Below are positions 50,339-61,754 of a stretch of 64,000 bases of DNA, piece after piece. Every line of letters begins with the position of its first letter. Positions within the stretch are counted from its first letter, which is position 1. Source of the DNA: Klebsormidium nitens (lineage: Eukaryota; Plantae; Klebsormidiophyceae); assembly GCA_000708835.1 (NCBI GenBank), contig DF237179.1:70066-134065 (forward strand). Direction: 5' to 3'. A model generated the notes under the pieces. That model was not told the origin of the DNA and made no database searches. It saw nothing but the letters and a program-made list of their open reading frames with translations. The translations under genes and the position numbers were made by a program.

Positions 50339-52018
50339 ATGGACGAGGATCTGGAGCAAACCGTGGAGAGGTGTGCTAAGATGTTCAAGTCAGTGCATGT
50401 TCCCGAAGAGATCCGAAAAGTCTGCAACGTGCTACAAGATCTGTCTCGTAGAAGTTCTGAAGGCAAGAAGCATTGCACAAGGATAGTCCAAGAAGTCGCG
50501 GCCTACGAAGGGGGCGCCATTTTGAAGCGGCTTTTAAAGAGATCTCTTTGGGAAGTGCAATTTAAGCGGAGTGGCATCGTTGACGAATCTTACGCGAGAA
50601 CACTGACCGAGTACAACATGAGCTGCCAGGCCCTAGCAACTCTGACCGGAAGCAAGGTAGTGGCAGAGCGCTGCTTGACTGTCCTTCTAAACAACGAACG
50701 GCAGATAGCCCAGCAGATCTACAAGAGGCTGTCTGAAAATGCTCTGAAGGTGGCACAAGAGGTGAAGCGAGGAGACCACGGCGCATTCATCGAGATAATG
50801 ATTGCTTCACCTCTGGAATGCCTGGCCAACTTTGTGAGAGGTTCAAGAATCTTTCGGGACGAGCTCAGAGATAGCCTAGAAGGAAGTAGTATCTTTGAAG
50901 CGGTAATGTATTTCTCGTCCGCTGCCTTCCTCAACAAGGTGTCTGCAGAGAATGCATCCCTTGTTCAGCATTTCTTGACTGATATAGCAGCTTCTCTTGT
51001 GCTCTATTCCGACAGCCGGATGTGGGCCACTGATAAGGGCCTCCTCAAGATGCTAGCAGCGATCCTTGGAGCTTCACCCATTCAGAAGCTTCGGACAGAT
51101 GCCAAAAGGAAAAAGTCTCCTATATTCGGCTGCACTGGAGTCCTGCTCCGCTTGCTGGAAACGGAGGCTACCGCAGAAAGCTGCGCGCTCAAAACGCTCT
51201 TACGGATTTGCGGCCCCATCAACGGAAGATCGACGCAGTCTACCCAGACTGGAAACCTTGGAGCTATATCAATGCGCGCTTGGAAGGTCGGCCGGGAGAT
51301 GAGGAGTATAAGATGCGAGCCGCGATCGAGGGAACATACGCTGAGGTCGTATGTTCATGGAAGCATTGCACGGCAGGCTGCGAGCCATCTTCCGGAAAGA
51401 GGTTCGGAAAGTGCGACGGGTGTCAGGTCGCTCGCTACTGCAGGTAAGGTTGGGATTGTTAAATGCAGGTCGCTGCACGCCTGGTCTTGTTGCGGTCTTA
51501 TGCATCTCCATAGAACATTCGTCGAATTGCCTTAAGGTTGAATTTCAGACAATCTGATCAATAAAACTTGAAGCCACAGGGAATCGACCGGCCTCTAGGT
51601 TTTGCGGATATCTTGCCCTGCGTCTTTGGAACTGCCGACAGTCGGAAATACTCAGAACCTTCGAATGCTTCTCCACTCGTAACTGACGGCGATCCAGATT
51701 CGTTCACCTTTTGACAATTGAAAACGGCTCACAGACGTAATTGATCCGTGTTCGACCTTGAAAGTTGAGTCTTGAGGCTATTTCAGAATGCTCAAAACGC
51801 TCCGCTTTCCTCCCCGCGACGTAGTCAAGAATACCTGTACGAGCGCGAGGCTATAACATCGGATCAGAACTACGTAGCTAGCATTGGTCTGGACTAGTTT
51901 TCTGAATGTCTTACAGACACGTATGTGCTTCTGCAGCAAGGAGCATCAGAAACTGCACTGGCCAACCCACAAGATCCACTGCCGGCCGGCCAGTCGAGCA
52001 AAGAGTCCGAGTTTGTAG
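50339..52018 (+). pseudogene. MYND family copy 4, 1-bp deletion (or sequencing error) in an A-run
   Basis: gcagaaagctgcgc at ~51176 where paralogues read E-K-L-R-A. The rest of the frame is intact. Exons 50339-51443 and 51937-52018. Confidence 0.7.
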
Positions 52019-52984
52019 GAGACGAGATAACACAGCAGCGGGTGATGCCGTTTCTCAGAGAACGGTTCGAATTCTTCGTGCTTGGAGCTTGGACCAGACC
52101 AGGAGCAATCGAAGGTTTCCAATTCTTATTAAGAAGGTCGACTTCTTTGGCAAGACTCGGTATCTCGTTCAGGATCTTCACACTAAAAGTGGCTTGCCGC
52201 TTGCGGCCCAAAGGACAGCGTGTCGCGCGGCGCGAGCTGTCAATTTTTTATGGTATTCAAATAGGTTGAGCACTTTTGAACTCTTGTAAGCAGAGGGTTC
52301 ACCGTTTGGCATAGCGGATCCGGCCTTCGGATGCTTCAAATGTTTAAGTGCAGTCTCTCATGCTTCCATGCTGCGTAGCACCTCTGACTTACCGGGGACT
52401 TACCTTGTAACCTTAGGTGTTTTGTCGAGACTAGAAACCCTCAGACCTCACAGACATCTGCTGTAAGACGGAACGAGCAAAAAGTATGTCCCAACCTGCA
52501 TTGGGGCTGAACCGGCTCATGTCAACATGTACGCGATGCATCTTCCGAGCCAAGGCGATTCGGAGTACAGGAAAGAAAGGGATGCAGATCTTGGCACATA
52601 AGCGTCCTAAAATATTGCAGCGAAACGATTGCTCTGATACTCGAGCCACATGGCATATCTTCTCCTACTTGTCTCGGCTATGGTGGTCCATATAAGTGCA
52701 TGCTTCACCGCACTCCAACCGCACTACAGCTAGATTCGTTTAACGAGTCTGCCTGCATGAAAAGGCTCACGAAGTGACGAAGGGAATAAACATTTATGCC
52801 AAGTGCAGCCGCGATCTGGCAGGATCAATTGTAAGTGCATGGGCTCAGGCCAGGCGGAAGGTGCGCAACAGCGCGGCCGCCCGGCCTGTCGCATTAGGCG
52901 GCCGCGCTGCGCGGCGCGCCATACGCAACCCAGCCTCACAGATTTTATGAGGAATCTCTCATACCGTACAAATTGCAATATTTC

Positions 52985-53084
52985 GGCACGCCGAATACTT
53001 TGGGCAATTGGGTTCCACCTTTCGGCATAATGCCAGCCAATATATTTAAGGCAAGGGTTTCCACCCATGATTTCGGCAGAAAAT
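52985..53084 (+). mobile_element. Possible transposon terminus running into the gap
   Basis: tttcggca three times, gggttccacc and aagggtttccacc immediately before the N run. Confidence 0.25.
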
Positions 53085-53458
53085 NNNNNNNNNNNNNNNN
53101 NNNNNNNNNNNNNNNNNNNNNNNNNNNNNNNNNNNNNNNNNNNNNNNNNNNNNNNNNNNNNNNNNNNNNNNNNNNNNNNNNNNNNNNNNNNNNNNNNNNN
53201 NNNNNNNNNNNNNNNNNNNNNNNNNNNNNNNNNNNNNNNNNNNNNNNNNNNNNNNNNNNNNNNNNNNNNNNNNNNNNNNNNNNNNNNNNNNNNNNNNNNN
53301 NNNNNNNNNNNNNNNNNNNNNNNNNNNNNNNNNNNNNNNNNNNNNNNNNNNNNNNNNNNNNNNNNNNNNNNNNNNNNNNNNNNNNNNNNNNNNNNNNNNN
53401 NNNNNNNNNNNNNNNNNNNNNNNNNNNNNNNNNNNNNNNNNNNNNNNNNNNNNNNNNN
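53085..53458. other. Assembly gap (374 N)
   Basis: Run of N. Confidence 1.
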
Positions 53459-53649
53459 GTTCGAGGAGATCAGGCTCATGGACAAGGAGGGCGTCCAGCG
53501 TTGGAGGGGAGCAGATCCAAGAGATTGTCAATGTTGGGCTTTCGCAGAAGCGTTTTGGAATGCGGCCCAGGTCGTTCGAAAACCACGTGATAGGTACGCC
53601 ATCTCTCTAATCCATTGCAAGTCCTTGAGTAGCGCCGCTTTGTCCACTG

Positions 53650-56600
53650 ATGGCGGAGCGCCGGTCCAAGCGTGCGCGGGTGGTCGATTACGCTGCGCTT
53701 GATTCTGGCGAATTCATTGAGGGCGTTGATGAGGTGTTGCCCAAACCCTCAACTGGTACCAACGCAGAGTCTGTAGATTATAAGAAGCTGTCGAAGTTGA
53801 TTCTGAAGGGGGAGTATGGGGATAAAACAAAGGTGCTGTTTGCAAAGCCGGAAGAACTAGAGGAAGTGGTGCGGGGCTCAGGGTTTCAAAGTCCAATTGT
53901 GGTCAAAGATGCGGGGGAAGAGGGATTGCGGAAGCTTGGAATCAGGTAAGCGAGGCTGCTTTGTCCCGCTTCGTGGACATTTTCTGGAGACAATAATACT
54001 GTCCTTTGCACCTCAAGGACAAACTTTTCTCATGCCCCTGCTCTAATGAAGATGGCGCCTGCATCAGGACCTTAGCTGTGCTTGACCACCAGGAATCTGC
54101 ACTTTTTTCGACACTTGTTGAGGAAACCGGAGGCTGTGGTCTGGGATATATTATTTAGCTCGGGTGTCTGGCAGAGTCTCTGGATGCATTGTCATTAACT
54201 TTTTTGATCTGGGTCGTCACCTGGGCGCAAAGTTTTGAAGTCACCTCATGTGATCTTTGGCATCCTTGATCCTTCGTTTTTTCATGAAATGATGAGCGGT
54301 TTCCAGAAACATTGATTCCACTTTCCTGAGCACACATGAATCGGTGGTGTGACCATGCCTTGCTCCAGTTTCCTAAATGCATCTTCCGTTGAAATTTTCG
54401 CACGGGGCTGCTCTTAAAAGCCCTGATTTCAATCCTCAGCACGGTGCTTTGCTCTTTCCACGGCAAGGCTCGGCCCAGTGCCTCAGATCACTCAGATGCG
54501 ACAAGTATGTCCGGTGGATCCATACTTGCTTGCAAGTGTCAGAATGGTAGTTTGTTCCAGAAGCCAGCTGATTGATAGCAAGGCCTTGCTAATCAATATC
54601 TTTGATCAAGCGTCCCGACTGACCTGGTCATGCTTTACTTGCCATAGAGTGCCCTTAATCTGTCTCTTGACTGCTGCTGGCATGATAAGCTGCGAGTCCG
54701 CTTGTTTGTTAACCAAGTGGTATGACGAAGCGGCAGAAAGTGGGGACCAACGGGGTTCATATCTTCTGCCACTTTCCTTCTCCCCCTCGTTTGCTCCTTG
54801 AAGTCCAGCTACTCTGCTTAGGCATCTGGGGGCTGACAGGCTGACGCTGGGGTGGCACAGGTCATGCTCCTTTTGAATCCTGCCTATCCTTAAACTGAAG
54901 GGTCCACTAGCGGCTTGCCTGTTTCTGAGAGCAATTGTTTCATGCTTGAGCGGGGTTAAAATGTGGGGATACTGTCAACTTATCTCGTGTTGAAGGGTCC
55001 TATGCATCAAAGCCTCACAAGCAGGGAGTTACGTTGGTTTCTTTAAGAATAGGAGATAAGTGTTTGACTCACAGTATGGAGGACGGACTGAGGACAATTG
55101 GATCTGCAAGAGTTCCAAGGCCTTCTGGATATGAAACGCTGTTTTGAGATCTCTTGATGGTTCTTTACTCTGCTTCAATCTGGTCATAGAAAGACATCAG
55201 CCTTACTAAGGACCGAGGCACCTTACGCACAAAGACACCCGCGGGCCATGGATGGGTTTCTGAGGTCTTTATTATCAGCTAATCTGTTCCATCAAGATGT
55301 ACGCTTCAAGAGGCTCCTTTCATGGCGACCTTTCACTATCTAATGACCCGCAGACTTTTTCCTGGCAAGAAGAAGAAGAACAAATCAAGGATCAATCTCC
55401 CCCCGGATCAGGACAGATACATCCTCTGTTCTATCGCTTTCTATGTGCCCGCCCTTTGCCTTCATTTTGTTTCTTCTTGTTCTCAACCATCGTTCCTGTG
55501 CTTCTCCTGTCGTGCCAGGCTCCCTGACGGCGAGCTTACTGTAGACCTCATAGCGCGGCTGGTCGGGCCGCAGCACGCGATCCCGACCATCGATGTGGCG
55601 ACGCAGGCGGAGGGGCCCAAATGGACCATGGAGCAGTGGCGCTACTACTGGAACATGCCGCCCTCCTCGCGCAAGAAGCTGCTCAACGTCGTTTCTCTCG
55701 GCCTGTTTGGGACAGGCATGGAGTCGCAGGTAAGGCCGGCCGAAGAAAAGGTCTATACTTTAGCCAGGGTTACTGCCTTAGCCGATGTCTGAAGGACTAG
55801 CGTTGAAAAGTAACTACGAAGAGTAGAGGGCAATTGGACAGCGTTTCGAGGATGACTCATGGGTGCCTGCTGAGAACTTTGCCCGTGATACGGAGTATGG
55901 GAGAGTCCATGGCGTCAAAGGAGGGCAAAGTTTCCAGCATTTGGAGTTCTTTTTTCGAAAGTTTAGCTGCTGGCTTGTATGTCGTAGTGTGACTGACCGC
56001 TTGATTCCTGGTGTTGCTGTATTGTCGTCGTCTCCCTCTCTTGTCCATGTAGGTCCGCCTCATCGAGACTGCGGGAAGTGTTGTTCATACTGTTCAATCT
56101 ATTCTTGCGTCGTCTCTCCCTGGATCATCAGTACGTGTGAGCCAAATGTCTCATTCATCCGTCTCAATCATGCGTTGCTCCTCCCTGAAGCAGAGAGAAC
56201 GGAGCATTCACCTCAATTTCAGGTGACCGCCCCGTCCGTCGTGCGCGACCTCGACCTCGTCAGCCGCGTGTGGCCCCCCGACGACTGGTACCCCCCCAAA
56301 GTGCAGCTGTACGTTCTCATGTCCCCCCAAGGCTGCTACACCGACTTTCATGTCGACATGGGGGGGTCCTGTGTTTGGTACCACCTCGTCAGGGGGAAGA
56401 AAGTGTTCCTGGTCGCACCCCCCTCTGCGAAAAACCTGGAGGCGTTTGAGGAGTGGGCGTCGTCAGAGAAGCAGGGGAGCGTGTTCCTGGCGGAAAAAGG
56501 GGAGGGCTGGCAGCGCGTGGAGATGGAGGCGGGGGATACGCTGCTCATGTGAGTCGCTTCTGGCTCTTGAGGTGAGGTCTCTTGTTTTGCAAGAAACACC

Positions 56601-59600
56601 TGTGACGGGTGTGGTAGCTGCGGATGATCGAAGAGTATGTGGGGGGGCATTGTGGAGGACAGCATCGCTGAATTGGCTTTTTCCAGATGAGGCAAAGAAG
56701 AATTCCATGTCGAGCATGCTGTAGCGCACTTCCGAACTTTTGAAAGAGCCTTCCCCGAGCAGGCCCGGCGGCCGGCCCCACGCGGTGGTGACTTCCGAGG
56801 ACAGAACCACAATAGGCAGAAGATTTGGTCCTGACACACATGTCGAAGTTTGATGCGAAGCTGCAATAACCCAGAAAGCAATTCTCATTTGCTTCTTACG
56901 AGCGGACTTTGCGGCTGGTCCCATAGGGTGGTGCCCCTCGAAAACATGTAATTTGCTGGTCCCAACGCGTAATAAGAACAAGATCACCCCTGAAGTCCGA
57001 AACCCAGACATATACTCCGTTTCGTACCCGTGCCCAGACTAAACCCCCTTACTAACCTGGGGCACAGGTAGCGACTGTCAATCAGTCAGCTGTAACAGTC
57101 TAGATTCTAAGTTTTACACTTTTTGAGTGTTGCAGGCCTGGCGGTTGGCCGCACGCGGTGGTGACTCCGGTCGACAGCATTGCGGTGGGCGGCAACTTCC
57201 AGACGGGGCAGACGTTCACGGCGCAGGCGAACGTGTGGAAGCTGGAGGACCGCCTGCGCGTGCGGCCCAAGTTCCGGTTCCCCTCCTTCAAGCAGCTCAT
57301 GTGGTGAGGGGCTGGAGATCGTGGATCCTAGTCTTGACCTCGATCGGCAGTGGAAAAGGCAAATGCCTATTTGTCTAGCACCTGATTGCGAAAGGGCTCT
57401 TGCTGCTTCAAAGAAGATTGGGTTTTGAAAAGTAGTTTGCCACGATGGATTTGTCTTCATTTCTGGTGTCGGAACCTGATGTTTGTTCCGAGCTGAAGCA
57501 CTCCAATCATACACTTAATCAAATCTAAACATCTACTGCTCTGTCTCTTCCTTCAGCTACTGTGGTGCCCATGTTTTTGAAACTCCGCCAAAACGCTTCT
57601 CTTTGGTACTCCAACCCTCAAAAGCTTTATCAACACTCAGCAATCATGATTCAAAGACTAATCGGCTTTTTGACCTTTGAGAATTGAGCGTTTCTGCGCA
57701 TCTTGCCTTGTTCAGGTATGCGGCATACTACTACGTCCAGCGCCTTCAAGAGGACAAGGAGCGGACGGGCGGCGAGCACCACAGCCTGTCGCGCTGGGAG
57801 TCCTCGGGCCTGCGCGCGCTTGTGGGGCTGCTGAAAGGCTGGCAGGTCCAGGTGAGGCTTACAATTGCCGTTACTTTACTGCAAAGTGCTTTCAGTCCGG
57901 ACCTAGACACCTCTGTCTGTGGCAGCGGATCTTCGTCAGTTTGAGATGAACTTTGTCAATGGGGAGGGATCGTCCGTCGAGTGACCGGAAGGAAAGACTT
58001 TGACCTTCGATAAGTCAGAAGTCGGCGTTCAGGAAAGCTTCGTAAGAGTGCCCGATTCTAAGAACAGATTTCTGTTCGCAACTGGACTGTTCGTTGAATC
58101 AGGTTGATTTCCTTACAGGATCGTCATGGTCTATAGAGTCCTCCTCAAGCCACTTCGAAGAAGCGACGCGACAAGGCCACGGTATCGTTGAGATCCAAGC
58201 AAGCCAAACGTTAGGAAAGACTGGCTCCCCACTTCAAGCATTCTGCGATTTTATGGTCGCCGAGCTCTGAGCCAAACTTACCACCCTTTGACCTGCAGGC
58301 GAGGGGCGACCAGAGCGACGTCCCTGCGTCGATCCCGAGCCCCGACATTCTGTTGCACGAGCTGGAAGAGCTGCTCCCGCCGCCGCCCAGCCCGCGCCTC
58401 ATCACCATCAAACGGACGGACAGCTCCGCGGGCAGCCTGGACAAGGCCCCGTCCGAGGTGCGTCCGAAAAGCGTCCGATTCTGCATAACGTACAATCACA
58501 CGTCAAAAGTACGGACGATGTCGGAAACGTACAATAACAAGATAAATGCATGAGAACTCTGAAGAAAAGAAAAGGATCTCGCAGTCTGGACAAGGCCTCG
58601 TCCGGGGTGCGTCCGAAAGCGTCCGCTTTTGAGGCTCTTTTGTTACAGCTGAGAAGCATGGCTATGCTGGTTAAGACCTGGCAGTTTCGGACAGGGCCCC
58701 TCCCGAGGTGCACCCGAAAACGTCCGCGGTATAGTTGTGAACCCGCAGGTTGAGTTGGGAGCATTGGCCGAAGCCGGCAGTTTTCAGAAAGCCCCGTACA
58801 AGATCCGTCCACAATCGTCATCCGTTTCGACGTTCCACCCGCAGGTTTTGTGGATTGAGTCCGAAATCAGCACTTTTTGGAACCGGTCCTTCTGAGCTGC
58901 CTCCGAAAGCGCTTTCCTGTCCGTACTAAAGAAAAAGCTATTCCATCGGCAAATCTGGGTAAGGCCGTCTTCGAGTCCGTTCCTCTGATCAAGTTCAAAA
59001 GATGGAAAAGCTCCGCTGCGTAAGGTTGTTCTTCTGTGCTGTATTTGCTGCGCTAATCGTCCTCGTTGTGCTTTATTGCAGAAGGAGAGCAAGCCCAAGT
59101 CGAAGCCGCCCGCGAAAGCGGCCCCCCCGCGGCCGCCTCAGAAGACGCTCGGTGTGAAGGGGCGCTTGCTGGCCAAGCTGGGGATGAAACGATCACAGCC
59201 CATCTTCTCCCTGCCCCGCGTTCACACCGAAAAAGTGCCGCCAAAGGCGCCACCGCCGCAACTGGGGGCTGAGCGGCCTGCGAAAAGGGCCGATGACGTC
59301 ACCAAGGAGAAGTACGGGGGGCTGAGGATTCAAGTAGAAACGATCGAACCCGAGGGGTCGGGGCGTCCGGGGGAACCGGGCGGACGTAACGGACATGAGG
59401 CGGGTAAAGGGGAGCGTTACGGTCGGGGAAGCACATCAACGGGAGGTTCCGGCGATGGGCCTCCCATAAAGATACCGAAGATAGTGATCCGGGGGCTGAG
59501 TGGGCTCGGCTCGCCACGTGGCGCTCTTGGGGAGCAGCCACGTGTCAAGTCGAGGAAGGAAGAACTTGAAGGGCCAATCACGGACGCTGGTCGGGAAACA

Positions 59601-61004
59601 GAGCGAATGTCCACCAAGAGGAAGGTGAGTGGAGAGGAATCGGGGGGAGGGACCGGTAGCGAAAGTTTGAGCGCTTCCGAAAAGGACTTTGCGAAGCTGC
59701 TCATACGGCTGGGCAAGAGACGGACGAACTCGGACACGACGAGCAGGAGCGAGAGTCCGTTCCCGGACGCGGCCGCCGCTGACGTGGCGCTGACGTCAGC
59801 ACGGGACGGCGATGCGGGGCCCCCGTCAGAAAGCGCGCACGGCCCCGGGTTCACGGCGCGGATGGAGCCGGGGGACTCCATCCCGCCAGGGCATGAGCTC
59901 AGCCGCTTCGCGAGCGCGTGTTTGATGACGTCAGCAGTGGGGTCGAGCCGCGCAGGCGAAGACTCAGGCGACGGGAGTTTTTTAAGAGACGCCGTGGGGT
60001 CGTCCCGGGGAAAAGGCAGGCAGGGGTGGCGCCCTGGAGAAATCGAAACGGGCGGCTTGGGTGTGATCGAAGAAGGGGAAGGCTTGAAGAATAAGAATTC
60101 GGGCACGGCAGGGGAGGTTGGCGCTAGCGCAATGATGAGAGAGTTTCTCAGCGTGATCGGAGAACGGCGAGGGGAAGAGACGCTTCCAAACGGAACAGCG
60201 GATAATGCAGGAAGCAGTCGGAATGTTGTTCCCGACGATCTTCCGACGGGGTCGGCGTCGAAAGCGCAGCCTGCTGATGCTGCCAAAGTCGACGTGAAAA
60301 GCGGAACTAGAACGGGACCGAATCGGTCGGCGGAGGGCCGAGAACGGCAATCTCAGACGCCGGCTACAGGGCTGAGGATCGACACGGAGAGGCCACTGTT
60401 TGCGACGTCCGAGCGGTTACTTTCGCCAACTACAGGACTCATGATGAGTACTGCGAGGCCGGCTCTCGGGGCGTCCGAAAAAGTTCTCTCGCCAACAGCG
60501 GCCCGTGCGGTTGGGGGGGCCGTACTAAGCCCGCGGCGGCCCCCCCTCCCGGCGGGGCTTCTCGAAAGGACTGCCAGCAAACTGACGCTCGGGATGAAAG
60601 GCGCGGCGCAGAAACGAAGGGCGATCATGCTGACGGAAGTGAAGCCTGACCCGGAAGTGCTCGCGCAAAGGGAGAGGGCAGCCGCGGAAGCTCAGCGGAT
60701 TCTTCTGAAGGCGAAGTCGGTTAAGAAGACGGAAAGCAGAAGTGAGGAGGAGTCGCAGGCGGTTGGAGCGGCCGTAGAGGTAGCTGATGCGGAGGGCTTG
60801 GACAGGGAGAAGAATACGGAAATCTTAGAAAAGGAGGGGGCTTCGACGGCTTTGGACCTGACGGCTGAGAACGGCCTGTTGAGTCCAGCTTTTGTAGAAG
60901 AGCCACGATCTGAGCAGTTGCGGGAAGAGCAACCAGATGGCGACTCTGATGAGGAGCCCATAGCTCAATGGGCCGCACACGCACAGGGGGTTACGATTGA
61001 TTGA
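53650..61004 (+). CDS. JmjC histone demethylase of the JHDM1/KDM2-KDM7 type with a long disordered C-terminus
   Basis: Exons 53650-53945, 55519-55729, 56223-56548, 57136-57303, 57716-57851, 58299-58457, 59082-61004. Motifs IDVATQ, LLNVVSL, PKVQLYVLMS..GCYTDFHVDMGGSCVWYH, GKKVF, PGGWPHAVVTPVDSIAVGGNF, EDRLRVRPKFRFP are typical of Jhd1/KDM2/PHF8. Confidence 0.9.
56752..56825 (+). repeat. Intronic decayed copy of JmjC acceptor and exon start (57136)
   Basis: gcag|gcccggcggccggccccacgcggtggtgacttccgaggacag versus gcag|gcctggcggttggccgcacgcggtggtgactccggtcgacag. Confidence 0.8.
58432..58728 (+). repeat. Three copies of JmjC exon end and donor
   Basis: ctggacaaggccccgtccgag|gtgcgtccgaaaagcgtccg recurs at ~58585 and ~58688. 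Confidence 0.85.
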
Positions 61005-61754
61005 GAAAAAATGACGATTCTAGTGCTCCTCGGTTACACCGTGTTATCAGATTTCTTGAGATGGGTATTTTGTGTCATGTTCCATGTATTCGCAAGCCTC
61101 AGCCTGGCTCTGCTTTTGCAGCCGAAAGCAAGCATGAATCGGCCCGGTCTCTCAGCTGCTCATCGATCAAGATGATGCAAGCATGAATAGCGGCAGATCT
61201 GCGTGCATGCTTTCAAAATCATTTCAGGGACAAGAGACTTGGAGCTGTCTAACCGGCTCTTGTGTAAGATTGGCCGGGCGGCAGTTCAGCGCTCATGATC
61301 CCCGGCGGCCTATAATTCGTTTGGCCGCTTCTTGATTGACAGAGCCAATTTTCATGGTGCATAGCAAGTTCGGAGTCCGGACTGCGGCTATAGATCCAGT
61401 CAGTACTATGTGGCACGCATAGCAACAAATGCTGTAATCTAAATATTCAGGCCGCGCCAGCCGTGCGCGAGTGGGCCTGTGCGCTGGCGGCATGGTATTC
61501 GTGACCACATGAAGTATCATTCAATTGCGCGGATAAGTCAGATCGCGGATATGCATGTATACTTTGGTATGAACAGTCCTCCAGTCAGATCGAGAGACTT
61601 TTCAAAAAGCCGTGCAGGCGTTAAGATGTAAGACAAAGGCGGCATGCGCTTTGGTGGCTCGTCTACAACGAAGAGCTTGTGCGGAATGCTGAACCGTCGT
61701 TGGTGGTATGTTTGCCTCAGCATGGATTTCGGTACACCATCGTTGCGGAATGAA

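Noticed and set aside
52730-53702. ORFs spanning the N run
   Set aside because: Artefacts of translating through the gap.
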